Shown: positions 1-11,465 of the stretch, one piece after another
How positions within the stretch are numbered: the stretch's first letter is position 1
How the letters are laid out: each line of letters opens with the position of its first letter
Assembly: GCA_013239625.1 (NCBI GenBank)
Contig: MU054098.1
Location: 1,147,568 to 1,211,567 of the forward strand
Origin: Lama guanicoe
Lineage: Eukaryota
DNA: 64,000 bases
Direction: 5' to 3'
The notes under the pieces: generated by a model
Told to the model about the DNA's origin: nothing
The model's database searches: none
Seen by the model: only the letters and a program-made list of their open reading frames with translations
Made by a program: the position numbers and the translations under genes

Positions 1-61
1 CTTCAACCAGTAGTCCACTCAGAGAACCCACAACCAACTACTTTCCTTAGTGACCACTTAC

Positions 62-125
62 ACTGTAGATACTCAGGTACTGTTCTTTCGTTGAGCTCTA
101 GAAGGACAGGCTGCTCCACAGGCAT
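62..125 (-). CDS. Candidate first coding exon (MPVEQPVLLELNERTVPEYLQ) of an unidentified gene continuing left out of the window
   Basis: ATG at 125-123 with A at -3. 21 codons plus 1 nt are followed by a GTAAGT donor (61-56). Identity not established. Confidence 0.25.
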
Positions 126-187
126 CTTTTCCTTAAGTCTTTCCTTCTTTCCCCAAATCTCGCTCTCTCTCTCTTTTTTCTGATCAG

Positions 188-639
188 GTTGGCGCATAAA
201 AGCAAGCCTGCTGTGGAAGCAAATATCTAGCCAGGGGATAAAATGCCTCTCTATTATTCTTACATGCACCCCAAATTTTATGAATGATTTTCCTTGGAAT
301 GACACACAGTTTAATTTCAAGGAGACAATAGCACCCGCTCCCAACTCACACAAGGAGGCAGAGGAATCACCGATAGCACTCGACCTTCCCTGGTGCTCTC
401 CTTACATACCGGGATGAAGTAGGAGGGCGGCGGGTGACTATAGCCTGGGTAAGTTGAGACACCTGCAATGTGACATCTGGACCCAATTCTGGGCAGCCTG
501 ACGGAGGTTACTTTTAGAAAAGGAAACTTAGTGACTTAGTATGTTTTTTTCTTTTCAGCTGTGGCTTCTAGTGGACAACCCCACGGCAAGAAGAAAAGTC
601 CTATTACATCAGACTCCCACATTTACTATGTGTCCTCTG
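188..639 (+). other. Two exon-like segments (188-448 and 559-639) separated by a 110-nt GT-AG intron; possible lncRNA, UTR or decayed pseudogene
   Basis: Pyrimidine tract plus CAG at 187, GTAAGT donor at 449, strong tttttttcttttcag acceptor at 558, possible GC donor (G|GCAAGT) at 640. Local CpG enrichment at about 335-505. Confidence 0.25.
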
Positions 640-3149
640 GCAAGTCACCTATACTCACCCAACCTCACTTTTTATACCATTACGTTGGAAATAATAATGG
701 ACCTACCCTTTCAGAGAAATTAAATAAGTACAATGAATGTAATGTTTTATAACTTTTGAGAAAAAGACCTGTTACACAATGTAAACTTTACATATTCTTA
801 AGTCAAAATAAATATCATTAGTAAGAATATGAATCAATGGATTGGTCATAGAAGTATAATTATCTTTCAGTGAAACATTTCCTTAATTTTATCTTTGGTT
901 TTAAATTTAGTGATTCTATGTATTTGATTAAAGAAGAGATTATTCTTTGGAATCTGTTCAATTTTTTAAACCTAAGGACTTCCATTACTTTGCATTGTTT
1001 TCTTCTCCAAAACTGCAGGCTACTTATATTATACTGGATTACTCACTTTAGAATTAGGCATTGAGATGATTCACTATGATACATGTTTGGTACAAAAGTA
1101 GGCATCATAGGCTATTAGATGATACTATGTTTTGTAATTGGGAGTTAGTTTGAGACTTGTGAAAATTAAAGGAGCTTATTTCTATAGAGCACTTAGCAAG
1201 GTGCCTGTCATATAGTGAAGCCTCCATAAATGCTGGCTACTATTATGATTATGAAGCTTTCTACACAGGCTTTTATCTATTATCATTATGCCAAATTAAC
1301 CTGTAATAATAGAATGCTAATACGAGAAAGGTGGAGTTGGACGATGATAACTGAAAACTATATTTAGTTGCATGACTTACTTGAAAAAGCACATCTTTCA
1401 TGTTATTAAAATAATACTGAATAGAGGAGATGGAAAATACAGTAATTCTTCTCCAGATGACTCTCTGGAAACAATAGTTTCATAGCTAATCAGATATAAA
1501 AGGGCATTGATAAACCTTTTTTTTTCCCTATAACATGGTGATAGTTTTTTTTTTTAAGTTTGCTAAATTGAGGAAACATGAAAATGAGGGACACATACCA
1601 TAAACACTTTCAATAAAAATTTCTATCTGCCCTTTTTTTACATAGGGCCTTTGCTTTGAGCATACAAAATCAATACTTTGAGATCCACGTTATCTTTCTG
1701 ATATAAACTATATCAGATAATTCATTTTTTTTTTTTACAATTTGTGTTTCCTTACAGTGAATAGGAGACTTGAAGATAACTGGCAAGAAATCTGTTGAGA
1801 AATCTTCAAATATTAATGAAATTTTCCCTCTATTTGCAGTCTCATCCACATCAAATTCATATGCAATGTTTAGAGAAATACTTCTAATATTTTCCAAAGC
1901 ACTGAAGTTACTTTTCACAGAAAAAACAACTCTCTTTTTGCATTTATATTTCATCACTTTACATAATATTTCCTTAAATTAATTAATACATTCATGTGTA
2001 CAACTGGCATAAATAAGTTTTAAAACAAACTGAACAGACTCTTGGTAAGAACAGAATTTGAATTGTGGGAGGAAAAGCATGTGAAGTTAACAATAATATA
2101 GTTAACCAGCAGTGAGCATTTAGCCTGCCCTGGGCATCAATTAGAATGCTTTATAGAGGAGAGCAAGTCACTCTGGCAAGTCAATTAAGCGGTAGTCTGG
2201 CAAAGGTGCTTCTTTGTTTTGTATTTTGATAAGATGACATTTTAAACTGCTATAACTAAGACAATTGATGCACTTAGTCACTATCTCTAGGTTGTATAGA
2301 TTTTTATCAGTGAGTTTAGAATCTTGCAATTTATTCTCATTCTTGGGAATTTAAAAAAATAACTGAATTCTTTTGAACTAAAAGTGAGTTAGTTCCAAAG
2401 AACCACTCATATATTATTTTCCCCACTCAGTCTTTTGTTAACAATGCTCCCCCTAAAAAAGATGTTCCTTCCCAAAGATAAGTAATTTAAAATGTCCCTA
2501 GAACATAATTTCAAACTATTAATATCATAGAATAATTCTCCTGTAATAAAAGAGTACTGGTTTTGTTCCTCAGAATGTGCTACATATCTGAGAGATGGGC
2601 ATGGTCATGGACACTGTCTCTTGGTGTCTTCCTGCACCATTATTTAACCTTAAATGTACGTGAAACCCTTCCTCATATACTGTGATTTAGAATTCCAGAT
2701 GTCTCAGTTCCACCAAAGAAGAACTATACATTTCTTTTTCTCATTCTCCTTTTCCTTTTGGGTGATTTTCAGAAGATTAGAGTAGAAAATTCCATTTTTA
2801 CTCCACCATTTTAAAACCAGATTTCTCAATCAAATCTTTATAAGAATAGTTAAATTTAGAGAAATTTAAATAAGCATCTAAAATCAAAGTCATTCCTTCA
2901 CACACTCCAAGCTTTCATAATTCATTTGGAAATAAAATTTTCATACCCGATGCACATTATTTCAAAGGTCACTGGCATAATGATTTCTTCAAGCATCCAT
3001 CAAGCCTTAAGTGAACAGCAATGTATGAGAAGAACCACTTCTTGGTTAAAATACAAATGACAGAGACTACCTTAAATACTTCCTTTTGTTTTGGAATGAT
3101 GTATGGTTTATAACTCTTTATTATAAATTTCCACATTTTCTTTTGGTAT

Positions 3150-5720
3150 TATTTTTCTTAATTCTGGAAAACTTCCTTCATAATTTCTTATGCTAATGCG
3201 AGTCTGTTAGTGACAAGTTCTTTTAAGTTTTCCTTAATCTAAAGATGCATTTGTTTTGCCTTCATTAATGATATCAGATTTTTTCCTGGCCCTTAAAAAT
3301 ATTCTACTACTGGCAGAAGACCTAAACAGTCAATTATCCAAGGAAGAAGTACAAATGATCAATAGACACATGAAAAAATGTTCAATATCACTAATTATCA
3401 GAGAAATGCAAATCAAAATTACAATGAGGTATCACCTCACACCAGTCAGAATGGCCATCATTCAAAAATCCACAAATGACAAATGCTGGAGAGGCTGTGG
3501 AGAAAGGGGAACCCTCCTACACTGCTGGTGGGAATGCAGTTTGGTGCAGCCATTGTGGAAAACAGTATGGAGATTCCTCAAAAGACTAGGAATAGACTTA
3601 CCGTATGACCCAGGAATCCCGCTTCTGGGCATATATCCAAAAGGAACCCTACTTCAAAAAGACACCTGCACCCCAATGTTCATTAGCAGCACTATTTACA
3701 ATAGCCAAGACATGGAAACAACCTAAATGTCCATCAACAGATGACTGGATAAAGAAGTGGTATATTTATACAGTGGAATACTATTCAGCCATAAAAACTG
3801 ACAACATAATACCATTTGCAGCAACATGAATGTTCCTGGAGAATGTCATTCTAAGTGAAGTAAGCCAGAAAAGAGAAAGAAAAATACTATATAGATTGCT
3901 CATATGTGGAATCTAAAAAAAGAAAAGAAAAAGACAAATGAACATAAATACAAAACAGAAACAGACTCAGAGACATAGAATACAAACTTGTGGTTGCCAG
4001 AGGGGAGGAGGTGGGAAGAAACAGACTAAGAGTTCGAAATTTGTAGATACTGACAGGCATATGTAGAATAGATAAACAAGATTATACTGTATAGCACAGG
4101 GAAATATATACAAGATCTTGTGGTAGCTCACAGCGAAAAAGAACGTGACCATGAATATATGTATGCTCATGTATAACTGAAAAGTTGTGCTCAACACTGG
4201 AAATTGACACAACATTGTAAACTGACTATAACTCAATAAAATAAAATTAAAAAAATAAATAAAAGCAAGGCTGTATGCTCAATCAAATCTTGGCAATGGG
4301 TAGATAGATTTGTATTTTTTAATGAATTAGGTAACATGGATTATTGTGATAATTATGATTTTAACAATTAAAACCTTTTACTTTTATTTTTAAAAAATGT
4401 TCTACTACCTACTGACCTCCATTGTTTCTTATGTGACATCACTGTTCATTAAATCATTTTCCCCTGATATAATGCATTCTTTTTTCTTGTTATTTTCAAA
4501 TTTTCTCTTTATCTTTGGTTTTAAGCAGATTGACTATGTTATGTCTAGCTGTGGTTTTTGTTACATTTGTCTTGTTTGGGCTTCACTGAATTACATGAAT
4601 CTGTAAATTTATACATTTCATCAAATTTGTTTGCCATCATTTTTTCAATTTTTTCTGCTCTATTCTCTTCTATTTTCTAAAACTCAGATTACACTATGTT
4701 AGATATCTGCTCAATTAGAAAAGTTTTTTCTTTTTTTTCAGATGGGATAATTTCTATTGATTTGTGTTCAAACTTCCTGACTTTCTTTTTTAATCCCTGA
4801 CATTCCCATTCTGCTGTTAAGTCTATTCAGTAACTTACTTTAAGATATTGTATTTTTTTTGATACTAGGAGTTTCCTTTTGCTCATTTTATAAGTTCTGT
4901 TTTTCTGCTGAGATTTCTTTTCATTCAAAACAAGCATATTTTCTTTATATCCGTGATCATAGTTATAAAACCTATGTTATAAAATCTTAGGATTTAAAGT
5001 AATAAAATAGTTATAAAATCTTGAGGTTCTTTTTCATTGATTTTTTTTCCCCCAGAATCTTTCATTTCCTTGATTCTTCATATTTTGAGTATTCTGGACT
5101 TTACATTAAATTTGTAAATCTTATCTTGTGGAGATGTTGTATTTCATTTTAGAAATGTTTTCCTAAAGAGTATTATTACTTTTAAAAACAGGTAGTTAAT
5201 GTGGCTGAACTCATAATGTGAACAATGACTCCTCTGTAGTGGATAATAGCTCAGATCACAGTTCAGTTCTTTTCTCTTAGCTTGACTCTTTGCAGTCTTG
5301 TTTCACTTATGTGCAGTTCAGAGGTCAGTCAGAGGTTTGATCAGAGACTATTCATAGTATCTGGGCATCTTCCTCCCTGGCTCTGTTTTTAATTCTATTT
5401 TTCTCCTGACTTTTCAGTGGCTGTGATTGCCCAGAACTTTCTTCTGGTTTTTTAAACCAGTTAGACTACAGACATTTTATCAGTGTATTATCCATAAAAC
5501 TGGCAGAGAATAGGGCCTGCCCTCAGGCTAAAAGTCATTAAAAGAAAACAGAATCTCACCTGGGCCTTAACTTTCTTCCAACTGTGAAATCTATTCCAGA
5601 TGCTGCTAGTGTTTGGTCAGAATCCAATGCCTTAAATATTTAAAAAATTATTTGGTCCAAAGTAGTGTTACCTGTACAAAGGCTGCTCTGATAAGGTACA
5701 CTTGGCCATTACTGGAAGCT
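3150..5720 (-). mobile_element. Old L1M-type LINE-1 (5'/ORF1 region, antisense), interrupted by the younger L1 at 3311-4392
   Basis: T-rich antisense L1 ORF1-like sequence continues across the insertion (ttttgccttcatt... and ...ctgacctccattgtttct). Confidence 0.65.
3311..4264 (+). mobile_element. 5'-truncated young LINE-1 (ORF2 C-terminus, 3' UTR, A-rich tail)
   Basis: ORF 3256-3726 contains the L1 ORF2 Cys-rich motif [19 protein letters not shown] frameshift continues into ORF 3605-3829. A-rich tail at about 4235-4264. Confidence 0.95.
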
Positions 5721-6799
5721 GAACAGATCCTCCCTTCTATGTAGTCCTATGTCTACACATGAGAAGACAAAGTAATCCCATGAGTACTCAAGAATACCAA
5801 GCTGAGTTTCTCTGTAGCTTTGGTTTCAGAAAAAACAAACAAACAAACAAACATATAAATAAAACAGAGGAGGTAGTTTGATAATAATAGTTGCTTGCTA
5901 TTTCTCTCCAAGTATAAAGTTAAGGGAAGAGAGAATCATATGATTTATCTTCAGAATAAAGCAGAGAAAGTAGAGTATATTTGTAGAAAAAGAGGTGTGA
6001 AAACAGATATGATAGTTTTCTAGAGTAGTAACAACATATTTCCAAATGTGTCTTGATATGCATGGATAATTCCAAAGGCATACACTGTAGTGAACAAAAT
6101 GTTACATTATACATATATATGTCCTATGTGTGTGTATGTGTGGAGAGGGGGTAGGGGGAGAGAGAGAGAATGATAAAACACGTATTCTTCACATTCCTGG
6201 GCAATTTAATTTAAAATGCAAAGAATACTCACAAATTACCTGCTCCTTATCTTTGAGCATATCCTACCATACCTTGGTTTAGAAAAATGTGTATTTCAGC
6301 CTTTAAAAGTAAGAATTTTTTTAATGAGTTACCTCTACATGGATGACTGAGTAACTGAAAGACGTATAATTTAGCTAACGATAGTAATTATTACTTAATG
6401 CATTATTATGTTTAAGTGTATGTGCTATAAATGAAGAACTACACGTAAAATAATATAAACTTTCTCTAAAATGCTAGTAATAATGACAATCATAAAGGAG
6501 TAATTAGATTCTACTCCCTCCTTAGCCAATAAATTACTAACAATTGCTGTAAAGGACTAGTTTCAGTTTTCTTTAATATTAAAAGTTTTTCTTACACATT
6601 GATTCCTAAATGCAAGGGGTTATTTTGTGTGGTTAAAGTGAGTAGAGGGACAAGAGTAGGCTCTAATTGTATTTCTTGGATTACTGGCAAATTTAGAAAA
6701 ATTGCAGGAACAGGTAATAGCTTTTTCTCCTATGCTTTTAGACAATCATTTATGAGTATTGTCCCCATCAAGCTAGCTAATGGTGTTCCATAATAATCA

Positions 6800-7200
6800 G
6801 CAAGTCCATTTCTGCCAATTATCCAGGTTGAAAACCTGAGTCATTTCTGATTCTTCATTCATTTTCACAATCAACGCATCAGAGTCCCATTTTCACTTAC
6901 CTTGTAATTACCTCTATATCTGCTCTTCCCTTTTGATTATTACTGAAATTGACCTAGCTCTCATGGTTAACGCCTTATGCCTGTACTAGTACCATAGATT
7001 TATCATACCTTCCCTTCTTATCAATATCTTCACATCTAGTCTATCTTATTATATACTACTAGTACACTACTAGTACCCCTAAATATTGCTAATAGTACTA
7101 AAATACTGCTTTAAACGTTAACTGCTTAGTCATTAATATTTGATGGTTCATCATTCTACAAAGAGTTTAAATTCCTTAACCTGGAGGGAACGCCCTTCCA
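6800..7200 (+). mobile_element. Degraded L2 LINE fragment
   Basis: L2-like motifs (ccaggttgaaaacctgagtcatttctgattcttc; gagtttaaattccttaacctgg). Confidence 0.5.
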
Positions 7201-7339
7201 GTTTGAACCATCTGTCTCACCAGTTTAGTCTACTCATTACCTGCCTCCAAGCATGGCATGGGTTACGTGTTGCTGCAGGATAGGGGCAGCATAGTTCTCT
7301 TTTAAACTGGAATGTTTTGAGTCTCTGTCTTGGGGATTT

Positions 7340-7503
7340 TCATAATTTGGTGTAGGTAAGGATCACCTGGTATATTCCTACGCTCCATCCACAGAGATTC
7401 TGATTCAGTAGGTCTACAGGTGGGACCTGGGAATGTGCAGTTTCGGCAGCTACATGAGTGGACTCTGATAAAGGTGTCCCATAGAACACAAGGAGAAATA
7501 CTG
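7340..7503. mobile_element. MER5-like hAT-Charlie DNA element
   Basis: cagagattctgattcagtaggtct...gggacctgggaatgtgcagttt...gagaaatactg. Confidence 0.7.
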
Positions 7504-7599
7504 TTCTTTTCATTAATTAGCCCTACTTATCCTACACAGACATACATTCTATTTTTTAACAAGAAGCCTTCAGGATTACTCTAGTCAAGTGAAAATCTC

Positions 7600-7865
7600 T
7601 CTGTTAACATTCATTCATTCGGCTCTCACAGAGGACCACTACCTTTTTTAAAATAGCCGTTCCACTCGTTTTTATCCCATTAGCCTGCTTTATTTCCTTC
7701 ATAACACTTATCACTGCTTGATATTACAGTATATCTATTATTCTATTTTCTTATTGTTTTCCCACTTGAAAATCAAGGTAGAGACATTGTGTTTACTCCT
7801 ACAGGATCATCAGAGGCTAGAACAGCACTGTAGGTACTCAGTAAATATTGTTGAACAAATACATC
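7600..7865 (+). mobile_element. L2 3' end
   Basis: Ends in the L2 terminal motif gtaggtactcagtaaatattgttgaa. Confidence 0.65.
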
Positions 7866-8112
7866 TGACAGTATATAGGCCTTTTATTGTTAATTGTCTT
7901 TTCATGCATGTTCCTGATGATCCAACAATATAAATATAGTATGCTATTTACGGGAGGGCCTCTTTCATACTTTATATTTTACTTTATAGCACCCAATCCA
8001 GTGGTTTGTACAACAAACACATATCACAGCTTTGTTGATATTGTTCTATTGACATGAGTCTGAACATGACATTAATTGATAACTGATTTAAATTTTATTC
8101 TTTAAGTAATAA

Positions 8113-8530
8113 TGTTGAAGGCAGAAAAATACCCACCCACCAAGGATGATTATGTCTTAATCCCCAAAACCTGTTAATATGTTACTGTGCATGACAAAAT
8201 GACTTTACAGATATGATTAAGGTTAGGGTCTTCGAGATGGGGAGATTATTCTGTATTATCTAGGTAGGTCCAATCTAATCACATGAATCCTTAAAAGCAG
8301 AGAATCTTTTACAGCTGCAGAGAACTACAGAGATGGCAGTGAGAGAAAGACGAAGCTTACTACTGCTGGCTTTGGAGGTGGAGGTAGAGGTTCCATAAAC
8401 CAAGGAATGTGGGTGTTTCTAGAGGCTAGAAAAGGCAAGTAAATGGAATATCCCCTAGAGCCTCCAGGAAGAAATGCAGCTTTTCTGATATCTTGATTTT
8501 AGCTCAGTGAAATCCATGTTAGACTCAAGA
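8113..8530 (+). mobile_element. MLT1-type MaLR LTR
   Basis: gagatggggagattattctgtattatctaggtaggtccaatctaatcacatgaatccttaaaag and ctagagcctccaggaagaaatgcagc are typical MLT1 motifs. Confidence 0.85.
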
Positions 8531-10779
8531 CATCAGTTATTATCATCACTAAAGTTTCTTCCTGAGTGACCTAACACAGTTTTCCAGAACACAGCATATT
8601 CACTTCTATGTAAAATATTTAGATAAAAAACGACTTTTTGAATCTACATATGATGCTGACACTAGAAATGTTATCTAAAGTCATAATTATGTTATTCATT
8701 TCTGTGATATAAACACCTGCATATTTGCTTTTAAAGTAGTCTTTTAAAAAGCTTGTTGAAAATGGCATCTAAAATCTGCAATTGTAAGGTCATCTCTTGT
8801 CTTCATAGACAATCATTTAAAATTTGGTATTAATTTTTTGTTTCCCTCTGATTCCTCCTCCCTCCCTGATTTTGACTGGTAATTTTTAGTAACATCCAAG
8901 ACTACCATTAATTGAGGTTATTTTAGACTGGTGTACCTTACTTAAGTAGTTGTTGAGAATAAAGTCATTGAGAAAGGTCCTGTCATAGGAAGAGGATTTA
9001 TAAGGATCTCTTTATGAGATAAAAGTTCAGGAGGAAGATAAATAATTTCATTCCCTTTTTACTGGTTTTCTTCCCTTTTTATGGACCCTCTGTTATGTTA
9101 ATACAGATATTTCAACAATATCCTACTTGGTTGGTTGAAATTTTATTTAAGAATAATATTCAATCTTTGGTAGGTAATTTAAAAACCTCAAAGGCCATAG
9201 TATAAGTGAGCCAAAAGAGAAACTTAAAAAGTAAAAATATCATGGTTATTAAATATACAAAAAAGAAGAAATGTGTGCTAGACACTTTTTGGTAATATCT
9301 TGAGTTCAAAAAGAAAGATATTTTAGTCAAAGTTAAAAGGTCTAAAAAAAAAAAGATGAACTGGAATAACAATGGCAGTAAGACCACAAGCAAATTACAA
9401 TGTTGATTCAGTAGCACCCCCCAAAATGAAATGGATTAGTACATTTTAAGAAATAAATGTTAAGATTTTCATTCTGAAATTGAAGACTAAAATGATCACA
9501 TCTGCAGTTAGAATGAAAATTGATCTGACCTTGTCCATGAATCAGTGTGTTAGACTGTAAAGAGACTGATCTCAAGTCATTCTATCCCCACTGGCAAATT
9601 ACTAAATAAAAATAAAATAATTGCACATAATAAAAGTGTTGTTCACTTTAAAGGATTCTGACCTTTCTACACTAAAAAAGACAGTCCTGGTGAATTTTCA
9701 AAATATAATACTGACCATTGATTTCATTCATCTAAACTTAGCATTAAAACCTTCATTATGAGATGCTCAGTGATAGACAGTTGGCAACCTCACTGATTTT
9801 TACTATTAATTTTAAATGGAATAATAAGCTACAGATATCATCCTAGAGATGTCAGAGCCTGTTGAACATTAAGTTAAGTACTCAATCTAGTTCTTTCCCA
9901 TGGGGTTTCTCATAGTTGAAATCCCTCCTCTGGTCTCTGTTCTGCCACAGAATTCTTGAGTGTTTGAACCAACTTACAGTTGACTTCTGCCCAGATCCTA
10001 CCCTTGAGATCCACTGAAGAGGATCAGTGAGTTTGTTAAGTATCACAATGTCAGTAGAAAGAGAGAAGATTTAGGTTTTCGTCTTTCTTTGGTATCCTCA
10101 ACTCCACAAGCCTTTAATTTAGACTTACTCTATCACATCAATAAGAGAAACAAAGAGTGGCAACCCTCTTTCTCCCAATGTGAACTAGTCCTGAGCTAAC
10201 TATCCAATAGCCTGCTGCTCACTAAAAAGAATCCGCAGACTTAATTAGTCCAATCTATCCCCTCTACCACAAACCTAATACCATTATCCCATCTGTGACT
10301 TTCTGTCTTTTGTCAGGAATGCCATCCTAACTCTACTCTACTTATGTATCTTGCATCAACTCAATTCCTACCTCTTCCATTGAAGCTTTCATTGAAAATA
10401 TCAATTATGAATGTCTTTCTCCTTGAAAATTCTGTAAATATACAATCTTCACAAATACAGCATGGTTGAATACTTACCTTCTATTGATAACTAAGTGTTT
10501 TTTTATTAACTGACTGTGTGTTCTAACTGCATTGTTTTGTGTACTCTCAAATCCTACGTAGTGCCTAGAACAATGCTCAGCTAACTGACACTCTTATCTC
10601 ATGACATCCATTATCACAGAGCACCGAGAATAATCTTTTAAAAAACATAAATTAAATTACCCCATCTCCTACTATCAAACCCTCCAATGACTTTCCATCA
10701 CAGGTAGAATAAAATAAATTCTTACCGTGACTTACAATGCCCTGTGTGGTCAAATTGGAAAACCATATTTAGGATGAGC

Positions 10780-11111
10780 CTCACTAGAAAGCTACTGGAT
10801 TTGGTGAAGTTGCAGGATACAAAATTAATATACAGAAATCTGTTGCATTTTTTATATACTAACAATGAAGTATCAGAAAGAGAAATTAAGGAAACAAACT
10901 TATTTACCATCACATCAAAAAGAATAAAACATCCATAGAAAATTCTAAAGACACCACCAAACTCACTAGAAAGCTACTGGATTTGGTGAAGTTGCAGGAT
11001 ACAAAATTAATATACAGAAATCTGTTGCATTTTTTATATACTAACAATGAAGTATCAGAAAGAGAAATTAAGGAAACAAACTTATTTACCATCACATCAA
11101 AAAGAATAAAA
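10780..11111 (+). repeat. Direct repeat: 10780-10929 identical to 10962-11111 (150 bp, 32-bp spacer)
   Basis: Base-by-base comparison showed no mismatches. Confidence 0.95.
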
Positions 11112-11465
11112 TGCATAGGAATAAACCTACATAAGGAGGTAAAAAACCTGTAGTTGGAAAGCTATAAGATGCTGATGGAAGAAACTGAAGACAAGATAAA
11201 CAGATGGAAAAATATACCATGTTCTTAGACTGGAAGAATCAATATTGTTAAAATGATCATACTGCCAAAGGCAGTCTAAAGACTCAATGCATACCCTATC
11301 AAAATACCAATGGCATTTTTCACAGAACTGGAACAAATTTTTTTTTTAATTTATATGTGTGTAAAACACAAAAGACCCTGAATAGTCAAAACAATCTTGA
11401 AAAAGAACAGGACTAGAGGTATCACACGCCCTTCCTTCAGTCTATACTACAAAGCTATAATAATC
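10780..11465 (+). mobile_element. Internal L1 ORF2 (RT-region) fragment carrying a 150-bp perfect duplication
   Basis: gttgcaggatacaaaattaatatacagaaatc and ggaagaatcaatattgttaaaatg are L1 ORF2 sequence. The frame is disrupted. Confidence 0.9.
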
